A stretch of 64,000 nt of DNA from Squalus acanthias (Eukaryota). The translations under genes were made by a program, and so were the position numbers. The notes beneath the pieces are model-generated. The model did no database searches and was not told the DNA's origin. It saw only the letters and a list, made by a program, of their open reading frames with translations. Location: contig CM059431.1 of assembly GCA_030390025.1 (NCBI GenBank), positions 154,940,001-155,004,000 on the forward strand, given 5' to 3'. Of the stretch, positions 37,430-49,400 are shown one piece after another (position 1 is the stretch's first letter; each line of letters begins with the position of its first letter).

Positions 37430-40400
37430 ATGTTGGGCTGGGTCAGTGTGGTGTCGATGTTGGATCAGCGAGGGTGTCTTTATTGGGCTTTGTCAGTGGG
37501 GTGTCGGTCTTGGACTACTTCATTGCGGTGTCGGTGTTGGGCTGGGTCAGCGATGTGCCGGGGTTGGGCTGGGTCAGTGTGGTGTCGGTGAAGTGCTGGG
37601 TCTTTGGGCTGTCGGGGTTGGTCTGGGTCAGCGGGGTGTCGGTGTTGGGCTGTGTCAGTAGGGTGTCGGAGTTGGGCTGTGTCAGTGGGGTGTCGGAGTT
37701 GGGCTGTGTCAGTGGGGTGTCGGTGTTGGGCTGTGTTAGTGGGGTTTCAGTGTTGGGCTGTGTCAGTGGGGTGTCGGTATTGCAGAGAGAGAGAGTGAGA
37801 GGGTCAGTGGGGTGTCGAGGTAGGGTGCATCAGTGGAGGTCGGTTTCGGTCTAGGTCAGTGGCGTGTCAGTGTAGGGCTGGCTCAGTGGGGTATCGGTCT
37901 TGGTCAATGTCAGTGGGGTGTCGATGTTGTGTCAGTGAGGGTGTCAGTCTTGGGCTATGTCAGTGGGGTGTCGGTGTTGGGCTGTGTAAGTGGGATGTCG
38001 TTGTTGGGTTGCGTCTGTGGCGTGTAGGTATTGACTGTATCAGTTGGGGTGCCGTTGTTTGGCTGGATCAGTGGGGTGTCGGTGTTGAGCTGGGTGAGTG
38101 GGGTGGCAGTTTTGGGCTGGGTTAGTTGGGTGCCGTTGTTTGGCTGGGTCAGTTTGGTGTCGGTGTTGAGCTGGGTCATTGCGGTGTCGGTATTTGATTG
38201 GGTCAGTGGAGTGAGGGTGTTGGGCTCGGTCATTGGGGTTTGTGTATTGATCTGGGTCAGTGTGGGGTCGTTTAGGGCTGGGTCAGTGGGTTGTCGTTGT
38301 ATGGCTGGCTCTGTGGAGTTTCGGTGTAGGGCTGGGTCAGTGGGGTGTCGGTGTTACGCTTGGACAGTGGTGTGTCGCTGACGGGCCAGTGAGGAATTCG
38401 ATGTTGAGCTGTGTCTTAGGGGTGTCAGTTTTGGGATCGGTCAATGCGGTGTCTGTGTAGGGCTGGCTCAGTGGAGTGCCGTTGTAGGGTTGGGTCAGTG
38501 GTGTGTCGGTCATGAGCAAGGTCAGTGCGGTGTCGCTGTTGGGTCAGTGATGTGTCGGTGTTGGGCTGGGTCAGTATGGTGTCGGTGTTGGACGGGTGAG
38601 GGTGTCTTTATTGGGCTCTGTCAGAGGGGTGTCGGTGTGGGGCTGGGTCAGTGTGGTGTCGGTGTGGGGCTGGGTCAGTGGGGTGTCGGTGATGTGCTGG
38701 GTCTTTGGGCTGTCGGTGTTGGTCTGGGTCAGTAGGGTGTCGGTGTTCGGCTGTGTCAGTGTGGTGTCGGAGTTGGGTGGTGTCAGTGGGGTATCGGTGT
38801 TGGGCTGTGTCAGTGGGGTATCGGTGTTGGGCTGTGCCAGTAGGGTGTCGGAGTTGGGCTGTGTCAGTGGGTTGTCGGTGTTGGGCTGTGTTAGTGGGGT
38901 GTCAGTGTTGGACTGCGTCAGTGGGGCTTCGGTATTGGACTGTATCAGTTGGGGTGTCGTTGCTTGGCTGGATCAGTGGGGTGTCGGTTTTGGGCTGTGT
39001 CAGTTGGGTGCCGGTGTTGGGCTGGTTCAGTGGGGTGACGGTGTTGGGCTGGGTCATTGGTGTTTGGGTGTAGGGCTGGTTCAGTGTGGTTTCGTTTAGG
39101 GATGGATCAGCGTGTTGTCGTTGTATGCCTGTGTCCGTGGGGGTTCGGTGTAGGACTGGGTCAGTGGGGTGTCGTTTTGGGCTGGGTCAGTCGGTTCTCG
39201 TTCTATGTCTGCGTCGGTGGGGTTTCGGTGTAGAGCTGGGTCAGTCGGGTATCTGTGTTAGCCTGGGTCAGTGGAGTGTCGCTGTCCGGCTAGTGAGGGA
39301 TTTGGTGTCGGGCTGGGTCATTGGGCTATCGGTTTTGGGCTGTGTTAGTGAGGTTTCGGTGTACGGCTGTCTCAGTGGGCTGCCGATGTAGGTCTGTGTC
39401 AGTGGGCTGCCGTTCTTTGGGTAAGGTGAGTGGGGTATCGCTGGTGGGTCAGTGAGGGTCTCGGTGTTGGGCTTGGTTAGTGGGGTGTCAGTGTAGGGCT
39501 GGGTCAGTGTGCTGTCGGGTGGTTGCCGGTTCAGTAAATTTCGGTGTTTGCTGGATCAGTGTGGTGTCGGAGTTTGGCTGGGTCAGTGTGCTGTCGGTGT
39601 TGGGCTGTGTAGGTGGGGTGCCGGTGTCGGGTTGGGTCAGAGAGGATGTCGGATTTGGGCTGGGTAAGTGGTGTTTCTGTGTAGGCCTGGGTCCGTGTGT
39701 TTTCGGGTTGTTGCCGGGTCAGGGGATTTCGGTGTTTTGCTGTGTCAGTGAGGTTGTCGATGTTGGGCTGGGTCAGTGGGGTGTCGGTTTTGGGCTGGGT
39801 CAGTATGGTGTCGGTGTGGGGCTCGGTAAGTGAGTTGTCGGTGTTGGGCTGGGTCAGTGATGTGTCGGTGTTGGACTGGGTCAGTGTGGTGTCGGTGTTG
39901 GGCTGGGTCAGTGTGGTGTCGGTGTTGGTCTGGGTCAGTGGGTTGCCGGTGTACGGCTGTGTCAATGTGGTGTCGGTGTTGATCTGGGTCAGTGAGTGTG
40001 TCGGTGCTGGGATGGGTCAGTGGGGTGTCGGTGTTCGGCTGGGTCAGTGGATTTTCAGTTTTGGGCTGGGTCAGTGGGGTGTCGGTGTTGGGCTGGGTCA
40101 GTGGGTTGTCGGTGTTGGGCTGGGTCAGTGGGGTGTCGGTGTTGGGCTGGGTCAGTGGGTTGTCGGTGTTGGGATAGTGGGGTGTCGGTGTTGGGTCAGT
40201 GTGGTGTCGTTGTTGGGTCAGTGGGTTGTCGGTGATGGTCTGGGTCAGTGAGGGTCTCGGTGTTGGGCTGGGTCAGTGGGGTTTCGGTGTTGGGCTGGGT
40301 CAGTGGTGTGTCGGTGTAGGGCTGTGTCAGTGGGGTTTCGGTGTAGCGCTGGGTCACTGTGCTGTCGGTGTTGGGCTGGGTCAGTGGGGTGTCGGTGTTG

Positions 40401-43400
40401 GTCTGGGTCAGTGAGGGTGTCGGTGTTGGGTCAGTGGGGTGTCGGTGTAGGACTGGGTCAGTGGGATGTCGGTGTTGGGTCAGTGGGGTATCGGGTTTGG
40501 GTCATTGGAGTGTCGATGTTGGGCTGGGCCAGTGGGGTGCCTGTGTAGGGCTGGGTCAGTTGGGTGTCGGCGTTTGGCTGGGTCAGTTAGTGTCGGTGTC
40601 GGGCTTGGTCAGAGAGGATGTCGGCTTTGGCCTGGGTAACTCGAGTTTCGGTATATGGCTGCAATGGGTTTTGGTGTTGGGCTGGGTCAGTGTGGTGTCG
40701 GTGTCGGACTGGATCAGAGATGATGTCGGTTTCGTTTTCGGTAAGTGGATTGTCTGTGTTGGACTCGGTCCGTTGTGTGTCGGGTTGGCGCCGAGTCAGT
40801 GGTTGTCGGTGTTGGGCTGGGTCAGTGTGTTGTCGGTGTTTTGTTGTGTCTGTGGGGTATCGTAGTAGGACTTGATCTGTGCGGTGTCGGTGTTGGGCTG
40901 GGTCAGTGTGGTGTCGGTGTTGGGTCAATGAGGCTGTTGATGTTGGGACTGGGTCAGTGGGCTGTCGGTGTAAGACTGCGTCAGTGTGGTGTCGGTGTTG
41001 GGCTGGGTCAGTGGGGTTTCGGTTTTGGGCTGGGTCAGTGGGGTGGCGGTGTTGGGCTGGGTCTGTATGGTTTCGGTATTGGGATGTGTCAGTGGGGTTT
41101 CGGTGTTGGGCTGTGCCAGTGGGATTACGGTGTTGGGCTGGGTGAGTAGCGTTTCGGTGTTGGGCTGGGTGAGTGCGGTGTCGGTGTTGGGCTGGGTCTG
41201 TATGGTTTCGGTATTGGGCTGTGTCAGTGGGGTTTCGCTGTTGGGCTGGGTGAGTAGAGCTTCGGTGTTGGGCTGGGTGAGTAGGGTTTCGGTGTTGGGC
41301 TCGGTGAGTGGGGTGTCGGTGTTTGGCTGTGTGAGTGGGTTTTTGGTATTGCGCTCGATCAGTGGGGTTTCGTTATATATCTGTGCCTGTGGGATTTCGG
41401 TGTGGGGCTGGGTAAGTGGGGTGTTTGTGTTGGACTGGGTCAGTGGGGTGTCGCTGTCTGGCCAGTGAGGGATGCAGTGTCGGGCAGGGACATTGGGGTG
41501 TCGGTTTTGGGCTGTGTTAGTGGTATTTCTGTGTTCGGGTGTCTCAGTGGGGTGCCGTTGTAGGTTTGTGTCAGTGGGGTGTCGACCTTTAGGTAAGGTG
41601 TCTGAGGAGTCGCTGTTGGTTCAGTGAGGGTATCGGATTTGGGTTGGTATCTGTGGGGTGTCAGTGTTGGATTGTGTTCGTGAGCTGGCGGTCTAAGTCT
41701 TGTCCAGTGGCGTGTCGGTATTGGGCTGGGTTAGTGGGGTGTCGGTGTTGGGCTTGGTCAGTGAGTGTCGGTGTCGGGCGGGGTCAGAGAGGATGTCGGT
41801 TTTGGCCTGGGTAAGTAGTGTGTCGGTTTAGGACTGGGTCAGTGGGGTGTCGGTGTTGGGCTGGGTCATTGTGGTGTCGTTGTTGTGCTGGGTAAGTGGG
41901 GTGTCGTTGTTGTGCTGTGTCAGTAGGGTTTCTGTGCTGAGCTGCGTCTCTGGGCTGTCGGTGTTGGGTCAGTGCGTGTGTCGGTTTTGGGCTGTGTCAG
42001 TGGGGTGTGGGTGGAGGACTTGGTCAGTGGGTTGTCGGTGTCGGGCTGTGTCAGTGGGATGTCGGTGTAGGACTTGGTCAGTGGGGTGTCGGTGTTGGAC
42101 TGTGTCAGTGGGGTGTCAGTGTAGGACTTGGTCAGTGGGGTGTCGGTGTTGGGCTGTGTCAGTGGGGTGTCGGTGTAGGACTTGGTCAGTGGGGTGTCGG
42201 TGTTGGGCTGTGTCAGTGGGGTGTCGGTATAGGACTGGGTCAGTGGGGTGTCGGTGTTCGTCTGGGTCAGTGGGGTGTCGGTGTTGGGCTGCGACAGTGG
42301 GGTGTCGGTGTTGGGCTGGGACAGTGGGGTGTCGGTGTTGGGCTGGGACAGTGGGGTGTCGGTGTAGGGCTGGGTCAGTGCGGAGTCGGTGTTGGGCTGG
42401 GTCAGTGGGGTGTCGGAGTAGGGCTGTGTCAGTGGCATGTCGATGTTGGGCTGGGTCACTGTGGTGTCGGTGTAGGGCTGGGTCAGTGCTGTGTCGGTGT
42501 TGGGCTGGGTCAGTGGAGTGTCGGTGTTGGTCTGTGTCAGTGGGGTGTCGGTGTTGGGCTGGGTCAGTGGGGTGTCGGTGTTGGGCTTCGTCAGTGGGGT
42601 GTCGGAGTGTGGCTGTGTCAGTGGGGTATCGGTGTAGTTCTGGGTCAGTGAGGTGTCGGTGTAGCGCTGGGTCAGTGGGATGTCGGTGTTGGTCTGGGTC
42701 AGTGAGGGTGTCGGTGTTGGTTCAGTGGGGTGTCGGTATAGGACTGGGTCAGTGGTGTGTCGGTGTTGGTTCAGTGGGGTATCGGGTTTGGGTCATTGGG
42801 GTGTCGATGTTGGGCTTCGACAGTGGGGTGTCGGCGTTTGTCTTGGTCAGTTGGTGTCGGTGTCGGGCTTGGTCAGAGAGGATGTCGGATTTGGCCTGGG
42901 TAACTCGAGTTTCGGTGTATGGCTGTGTCAATGGGTTTTGGTGTTGGGCTGGGTCAGTGGGGTGTCGGTGTCGGACTGGATCAGAGATGATGTCGGTTTT
43001 GTTCTGGGTAAGTGGATTGTCTGTGTTGGGCTCGTTCAGTTGTGTGTCGGGTTGGCGCCGAGTCAGTGGGTTTCGGTGTTGGGCTGTGTCAGTGTGTTGT
43101 CGGTGTTGGGCTGGGTCTGACGGGTATCGTAGTAGGACTTGATCAGTGCGGTGTCGGTGTTGGGCTGGGTCAGTGTGGTGTCGGTGTTGGGTCAATGAGG
43201 CTGTTGATGTTGGGACTGTGTCAGTGGGGTGTCGCTGTTGAGCTGGGTCAGTGGGGTGTCGGTGTAAGACTGGGTCAGTGGGGTGTCGGTGTTGGGCTTG
43301 GCCACTGGTGTTTCGGTGTTGGACTGGGTCAGTGGGGTGGCGGTGTTGGGCTGGGTCTGTATGGTTTCGGTATTGGCTGTGTCAGTGGGGTTTCGGTGTT

Positions 43401-46400
43401 GGGCTGTGTCAGTGGGATTTCGGTGTTGGGCTGGGTGAGTAGCGTTTCGGTGTTGGGCTGGGTGAGTGGGGTGTCGGTGTTGGGCTGGGTCTGTATGGTT
43501 TCGGTATTGGGCTGTGTCAGTGGGTTTCGGTGTTGGGCTGGGTGAGCAGGGTTTCGGTGTTGGGCTGGGTGAGTAGGGTTTCGATGTTGGGCTGGGTGAG
43601 TGGTGTGTCGGCGTCGGGCTGGGTGAGTGGGGTGTCGGTGTTGCGCTCGATCAGTGGGGTTTCGTTATATGTCTGTGCCTGTGGGATTTCGGTGTGGGAC
43701 TGGGTAAGTGGGGGTTTTTGTTTTGGGCTGGGTCAGTGTGGTGTCGCTGTCTGGCCAGTGAGGGATTCACTGTCGGGCTGGGTCATTGGGGTGTCGGTTT
43801 TGGGCTGTGTTAGTGGTATTTCTGTGTTCGGGTGTCTCAGTGGGATGCCGCTGTAGGTCTGTGTCAGTGGGGTGTCGATCTTTAGGTAAGGTGTCTGAGG
43901 TGTCGCTGTTGGGTCAGTGAGGGTATCGGATTTGGGTTGGGTCTGTGGGGTGTCAGTGTTAGATTGTGTCAGTGGGCTGGCGGTCTATGTCTTGTCCAGT
44001 GGGGTGTCGGTGTTGGGCTGGGTTAGTGGGGTGTCGGTTTTGGATTGGGTCAGTGAGGTGTCGGTGTTGGGCTTGGTCAGTGATTGTCCGTGTCGGTCTG
44101 GGTCAGTGAGGTTGTCGGTTTTGGCCTGGGTAAGTGGTGTGTCGGTTAAGGACTGGGTCTATGAGGAGTCGGTGTAGGGCTGGGTCATTGTGGTGTCCTT
44201 GTTCTGCTGGGTCAGTGGGGTGTCGTTGTTGTGCTGTGTTAGTAGGGTTTCGGTATTGAGCTGTGTCTCTGGGCTGTCGGTGTGGGTCAGTGAGTGTATC
44301 GGTTTTGGGATGTGTCAGTGTGGTGTCGGTGTAGGACTTGGTCTTTGATGTGTCGGTGTTGGGCTTGTCAGTGGGGTGTCGATGTAGGATTGGTCAGTGG
44401 GGTGTCGGTGTTGGGCTGTGTCAGTGGGGTGTCGGTGTAGGACTTGGTCAGTGGGGTGACGGTGTTGGGCTGTGGCAGTGGGGTGTCGGTGTAGGACTGG
44501 GTCAGTGGGGTGGCGGTGTTGGGCTGGGCCAGTGGAGTTTCGGTGTTGGACTGGGTCAGTGGGGTGGCGGTGTTGGGCTGGGTCTGTATGGTTTCGGTAT
44601 TGGCTGTGTCAGTGGGGTTTCGGTGTTTACTGTGTCAGTGGGATTTCGGTGTTGGGTTGGGTGAGTAGCGTTTCGGTGTTGGGCTGGGTGAGTGGGGTGT
44701 CGGTGTTGGGCTGGATCTGTATGGTTTCGGTATTGGGCTGTGTCAGTGGGTTTCGGTTTTGGGCTGGGTGAGAAGGGTTTCGGTGTTGGGCTGGGTGAGT
44801 AGGGTTTCGATGTTGGGCTGGGTGAGTGGGGTGTCGGCGTCGGGCTGGGTGAGTGGGGGTGTCGGTGTTGCGCTCGATCAGTGGGGTTTCGTTATATGTC
44901 TGTGCCTGTGGGATTCCGGTGTGGGGCTGGGTAAGTGGGGGTGTTTGTTTTGTGCTGGGTCAGTGTGGTGTCGCTGTCTGGCCAGTGAGGGATTCACTGT
45001 CGGGCTGGGTCATTGGGGTGTCGGTTTTGGGCTGTGTTAGTGGTATTTCTGTGTTCGGGTGTCTCAGTTGGATGCCGCTGTAGGTCTGTGTCAGTGGGGT
45101 GTCGATCTTTATGTAAGGTGTCTGAGGTGTCGCTGTTGGATCAGTGAGGGTATCGGATTTGGGTTGGGTCTGTGGGGTGTCAGTGTTGGATTGTGTCAGT
45201 GGGCTGGTGGTCTAAGTCTTGTCCAGTGGGGTGTCGGTGTTGGGCTGGGTTAGTGGGGTGTCGGTGTTGGATTGGGTCAGTGCGGTGTCGGTGTTGGTCT
45301 TGGTCAGTGAGTGTCCGTGTCGGTCTGGGTCAGTGATGTTGTCGGTTTTGGCCTGGGTAAGTGGTGTGTCGGTTAAGGACTGGGTCTATGAGGAGTCGGT
45401 GTTGGGCTGGGTCATTGTGGTGTCGTTGTTCTGCTGGGTCAGTGGGGTGTCGTTGTTGTGCTGTGTTGGTAGGGTTTCGGTGTTGAGCTGTGTCTCTGGG
45501 CTGTCGGTGTGGGTCAGTGAGTGTATCGGTTGTGGGCTGTGTCAGTGTGGTGTTGGTGTAGGACTTGGTCTTTGATGTGTCGGTGTTGGGCTTGTCAGTG
45601 GGGTGTCGATGTAGGATTGGTCAGTGGGGTGTCGGTGTTGGGCTGTGTCAGTGGGGTGTCGGTGTAGGACTGGGTCAGTGGGGTGGCGGTGTTCGTCTGG
45701 GTCAGTGGGGTGTCAGTATTGGGCTGGGCCAGTGGGGTGTCGGTGTTGGGCTGTGTCAGTGGGGTGTCGGTGTTGGGCTGGGTCAGTGGGGTGTCCTTGT
45801 TGATCTGGGTCAGTGAGGGTGTCGTTGTTGGGTCAGTGGCGTGTCGGTGTAGGACTGGGTCAGTGGGGTGTCGGTGTTCGGTCAGTGGGGTATCGGGTTT
45901 GGGTCATTGGGGCGTCGATGTTGGGCTGGGACAGTGGGGTGTCGGCGTTTGGCTGCTTCAGTTGGTGTCGGTGTCGGGCTGGCTCAGAGAGGATGTCGGA
46001 TTTGGCCTGGGTAACTCGAGTTTCGGTTTATGGCTGTGTCAATGGGTTTTGGTGTTGGATGGATCAGAGATGATGTCGGTTTTGTTCTGGGTAAGTGGAT
46101 TGTCTGTGTTGGGCTCGGTCAGTGAGTGTCGGTGTCGGGCGGGGTCAGAGAGGATGTCGGTTTTGGCCTGGGTAAGTAGTGTGTCGGTTTAGGACTGGGT
46201 CAGTGGGGTGTCGGTGTTGGGCTGGGTCATTGTGGTGTCGTTGTTGTGCTGGGTAAGTGGGGTGTCGTTGTTGTGCTGTGTCAGTAGGGTTTCTGTGCTG
46301 AGCTGCGTCTCTGGGCTGTCGGTGTTGGGTCAGTGCGTGTGTCGGTTTTGGGCTGTGTCAGTGGGGTGTGGGTGGAGGACTTGGTCAGTGGGTTGTCGGT

Positions 46401-49400
46401 GTCGGGCTGTGTCAGTGGGATGTCGGTGTAGGACTTGGTCAGTGGGGTGTCGGTGTTGGACTGTGTCAGTGGGGTGTCAGTGTAGGACTTGGTCAGTGGG
46501 GTGTCGGTGTTGGGCTGTGTCAGTGGGGTGTCGGTGTAGGACTTGGTCAGTGGGGTGTCGGTGTTGGGCTGTGTCAGTGGGGTGTCGGTATAGGACTGGG
46601 TCAGTGGGGTGTCGGTGTTCGTCTGGGTCAGTGGGGTGTCGGTGTTGGGCTGCGACAGTGGGGTGTCGGTGTTGGGCTGGGACAGTGGGGTGTCGGTGTT
46701 GGGCTGGGACAGTGGGGTGTCGGTGTAGGGCTGGGTCAGTGCGGAGTCGGTGTTGGGCTGGGTCAGTGGGGTGTCGGAGTAGGGCTGTGTCAGTGGCATG
46801 TCGATGTTGGGCTGGGTCACTGTGGTGTCGGTGTAGGGCTGGGTCAGTGCTGTGTCGGTGTTGGGCTGGGTCAGTGGAGTGTCGGTGTTGGTCTGTGTCA
46901 GTGGGGTGTCGGTGTTGGGCTGGGTCAGTGGGGTGTCGGTGTTGGGCTTCGTCAGTGGGGTGTCGGAGTGTGGCTGTGTCAGTGGGGTATCGGTGTAGTT
47001 CTGGGTCAGTGAGGTGTCGGTGTAGCGCTGGGTCAGTGGGATGTCGGTGTTGGTCTGGGTCAGTGAGGGTGTCGGTGTTGGTTCAGTGGGGTGTCGGTAT
47101 AGGACTGGGTCAGTGGTGTGTCGGTGTTGGTTCAGTGGGGTATCGGGTTTGGGTCATTGGGGTGTCGATGTTGGGCTTCGACAGTGGGGTGTCGGCGTTT
47201 GTCTTGGTCAGTTGGTGTCGGTGTCGGGCTTGGTCAGAGAGGATGTCGGATTTGGCCTGGGTAACTCGAGTTTCGGTGTATGGCTGTGTCAATGGGTTTT
47301 GGTGTTGGGCTGGGTCAGTGGGGTGTCGGTGTCGGACTGGATCAGAGATGATGTCGGTTTTGTTCTGGGTAAGTGGATTGTCTGTGTTGGGCTCGTTCAG
47401 TTGTGTGTCGGGTTGGCGCCGAGTCAGTGGGTTTCGGTGTTGGGCTGTGTCAGTGTGTTGTCGGTGTTGGGCTGGGTCTGACGGGTATCGTAGTAGGACT
47501 TGATCAGTGCGGTGTCGGTGTTGGGCTGGGTCAGTGTGGTGTCGGTGTTGGGTCAATGAGGCTGTTGATGTTGGGACTGTGTCAGTGGGGTGTCGCTGTT
47601 GAGCTGGGTCAGTGGGGTGTCGGTGTAAGACTGGGTCAGTGGGGTGTCGGTGTTGGGCTTGGCCACTGGTGTTTCGGTGTTGGACTGGGTCAGTGGGGTG
47701 GCGGTGTTGGGCTGGGTCTGTATGGTTTCGGTATTGGCTGTGTCAGTGGGGTTTCGGTGTTGGGCTGTGTCAGTGGGATTTCGGTGTTGGGCTGGGTGAG
47801 TAGCGTTTCGGTGTTGGGCTGGGTGAGTGGGGTGTCGGTGTTGGGCTGGGTCTGTATGGTTTCGGTATTGGGCTGTGTCAGTGGGTTTCGGTGTTGGGCT
47901 GGGTGAGCAGGGTTTCGGTGTTGGGCTGGGTGAGTAGGGTTTCGATGTTGGGCTGGGTGAGTGGTGTGTCGGCGTCGGGCTGGGTGAGTGGGGTGTCGGT
48001 GTTGCGCTCGATCAGTGGGGTTTCGTTATATGTCTGTGCCTGTGGGATTTCGGTGTGGGACTGGGTAAGTGGGGTTTTTGTTTTGGGCTGGGTCAGTGTG
48101 GTGTCGCTGTCTGGCCAGTGAGGGATTCACTGTCGGGCTGGGTCATTGGGGTGTCGGTTTTGGGCTGTGTTAGTGGTATTTCTGTGTTCGGGTGTCTCAG
48201 TGGGATGCCGCTGTAGGTCTGTGTCAGTGGGGTGTCGATCTTTAGGTAAGGTGTCTGAGGTGTCGCTGTTGGGTCAGTGAGGGTATCGGATTTGGGTTGG
48301 GTCTGTGGGGTGTCAGTGTTAGATTGTGTCAGTGGGCTGGCGGTCTATGTCTTGTCCAGTGGGGTGTCGGTGTTGGGCTGGGTTAGTGGGGTGTCGGTTT
48401 TGGATTGGGTCAGTGAGGTGTCGGTGTTGGGCTTGGTCAGTGATTGTCCGTGTCGGTCTGGGTCAGTGAGGTTGTCGGTTTTGGCCTGGGTAAGTGGTGT
48501 GTCGGTTAAGGACTGGGTCTATGAGGAGTCGGTGTAGGGCTGGGTCATTGTGGTGTCCTTGTTCTGCTGGGTCAGTGGGGTGTCGTTGTTGTGCTGTGTT
48601 AGTAGGGTTTCGGTATTGAGCTGTGTCTCTGGGCTGTCGGTGTGGGTCAGTGAGTGTATCGGTTTTGGGATGTGTCAGTGTGGTGTCGGTGTAGGACTTG
48701 GTCTTTGATGTGTCGGTGTTGGGCTTGTCAGTGGGGTGTCGATGTAGGATTGGTCAGTGGGGTGTCGGTGTTGGGCTGTGTCAGTGGGGTGTCGGTGTAG
48801 GACTTGGTCAGTGGGGTGACGGTGTTGGGCTGTGGCAGTGGGGTGTCGGTGTAGGACTGGGTCAGTGGGGTGGCGGTGTTGGGCTGGGCCAGTGGAGTTT
48901 CGGTGTTGGACTGGGTCAGTGGGGTGGCGGTGTTGGGCTGGGTCTGTATGGTTTCGGTATTGGCTGTGTCAGTGGGGTTTCGGTGTTTACTGTGTCAGTG
49001 GGATTTCGGTGTTGGGTTGGGTGAGTAGCGTTTCGGTGTTGGGCTGGGTGAGTGGGGTGTCGGTGTTGGGCTGGATCTGTATGGTTTCGGTATTGGGCTG
49101 TGTCAGTGGGTTTCGGTTTTGGGCTGGGTGAGAAGGGTTTCGGTGTTGGGCTGGGTGAGTAGGGTTTCGATGTTGGGCTGGGTGAGTGGGGTGTCGGCGT
49201 CGGGCTGGGTGAGTGGGGTGTCGGTGTTGCGCTCGATCAGTGGGGTTTCGTTATATGTCTGTGCCTGTGGGATTCCGGTGTGGGGCTGGGTAAGTGGGGT
49301 GTTTGTTTTGTGCTGGGTCAGTGTGGTGTCGCTGTCTGGCCAGTGAGGGATTCACTGTCGGGCTGGGTCATTGGGGTGTCGGTTTTGGGCTGTGTTAGTG

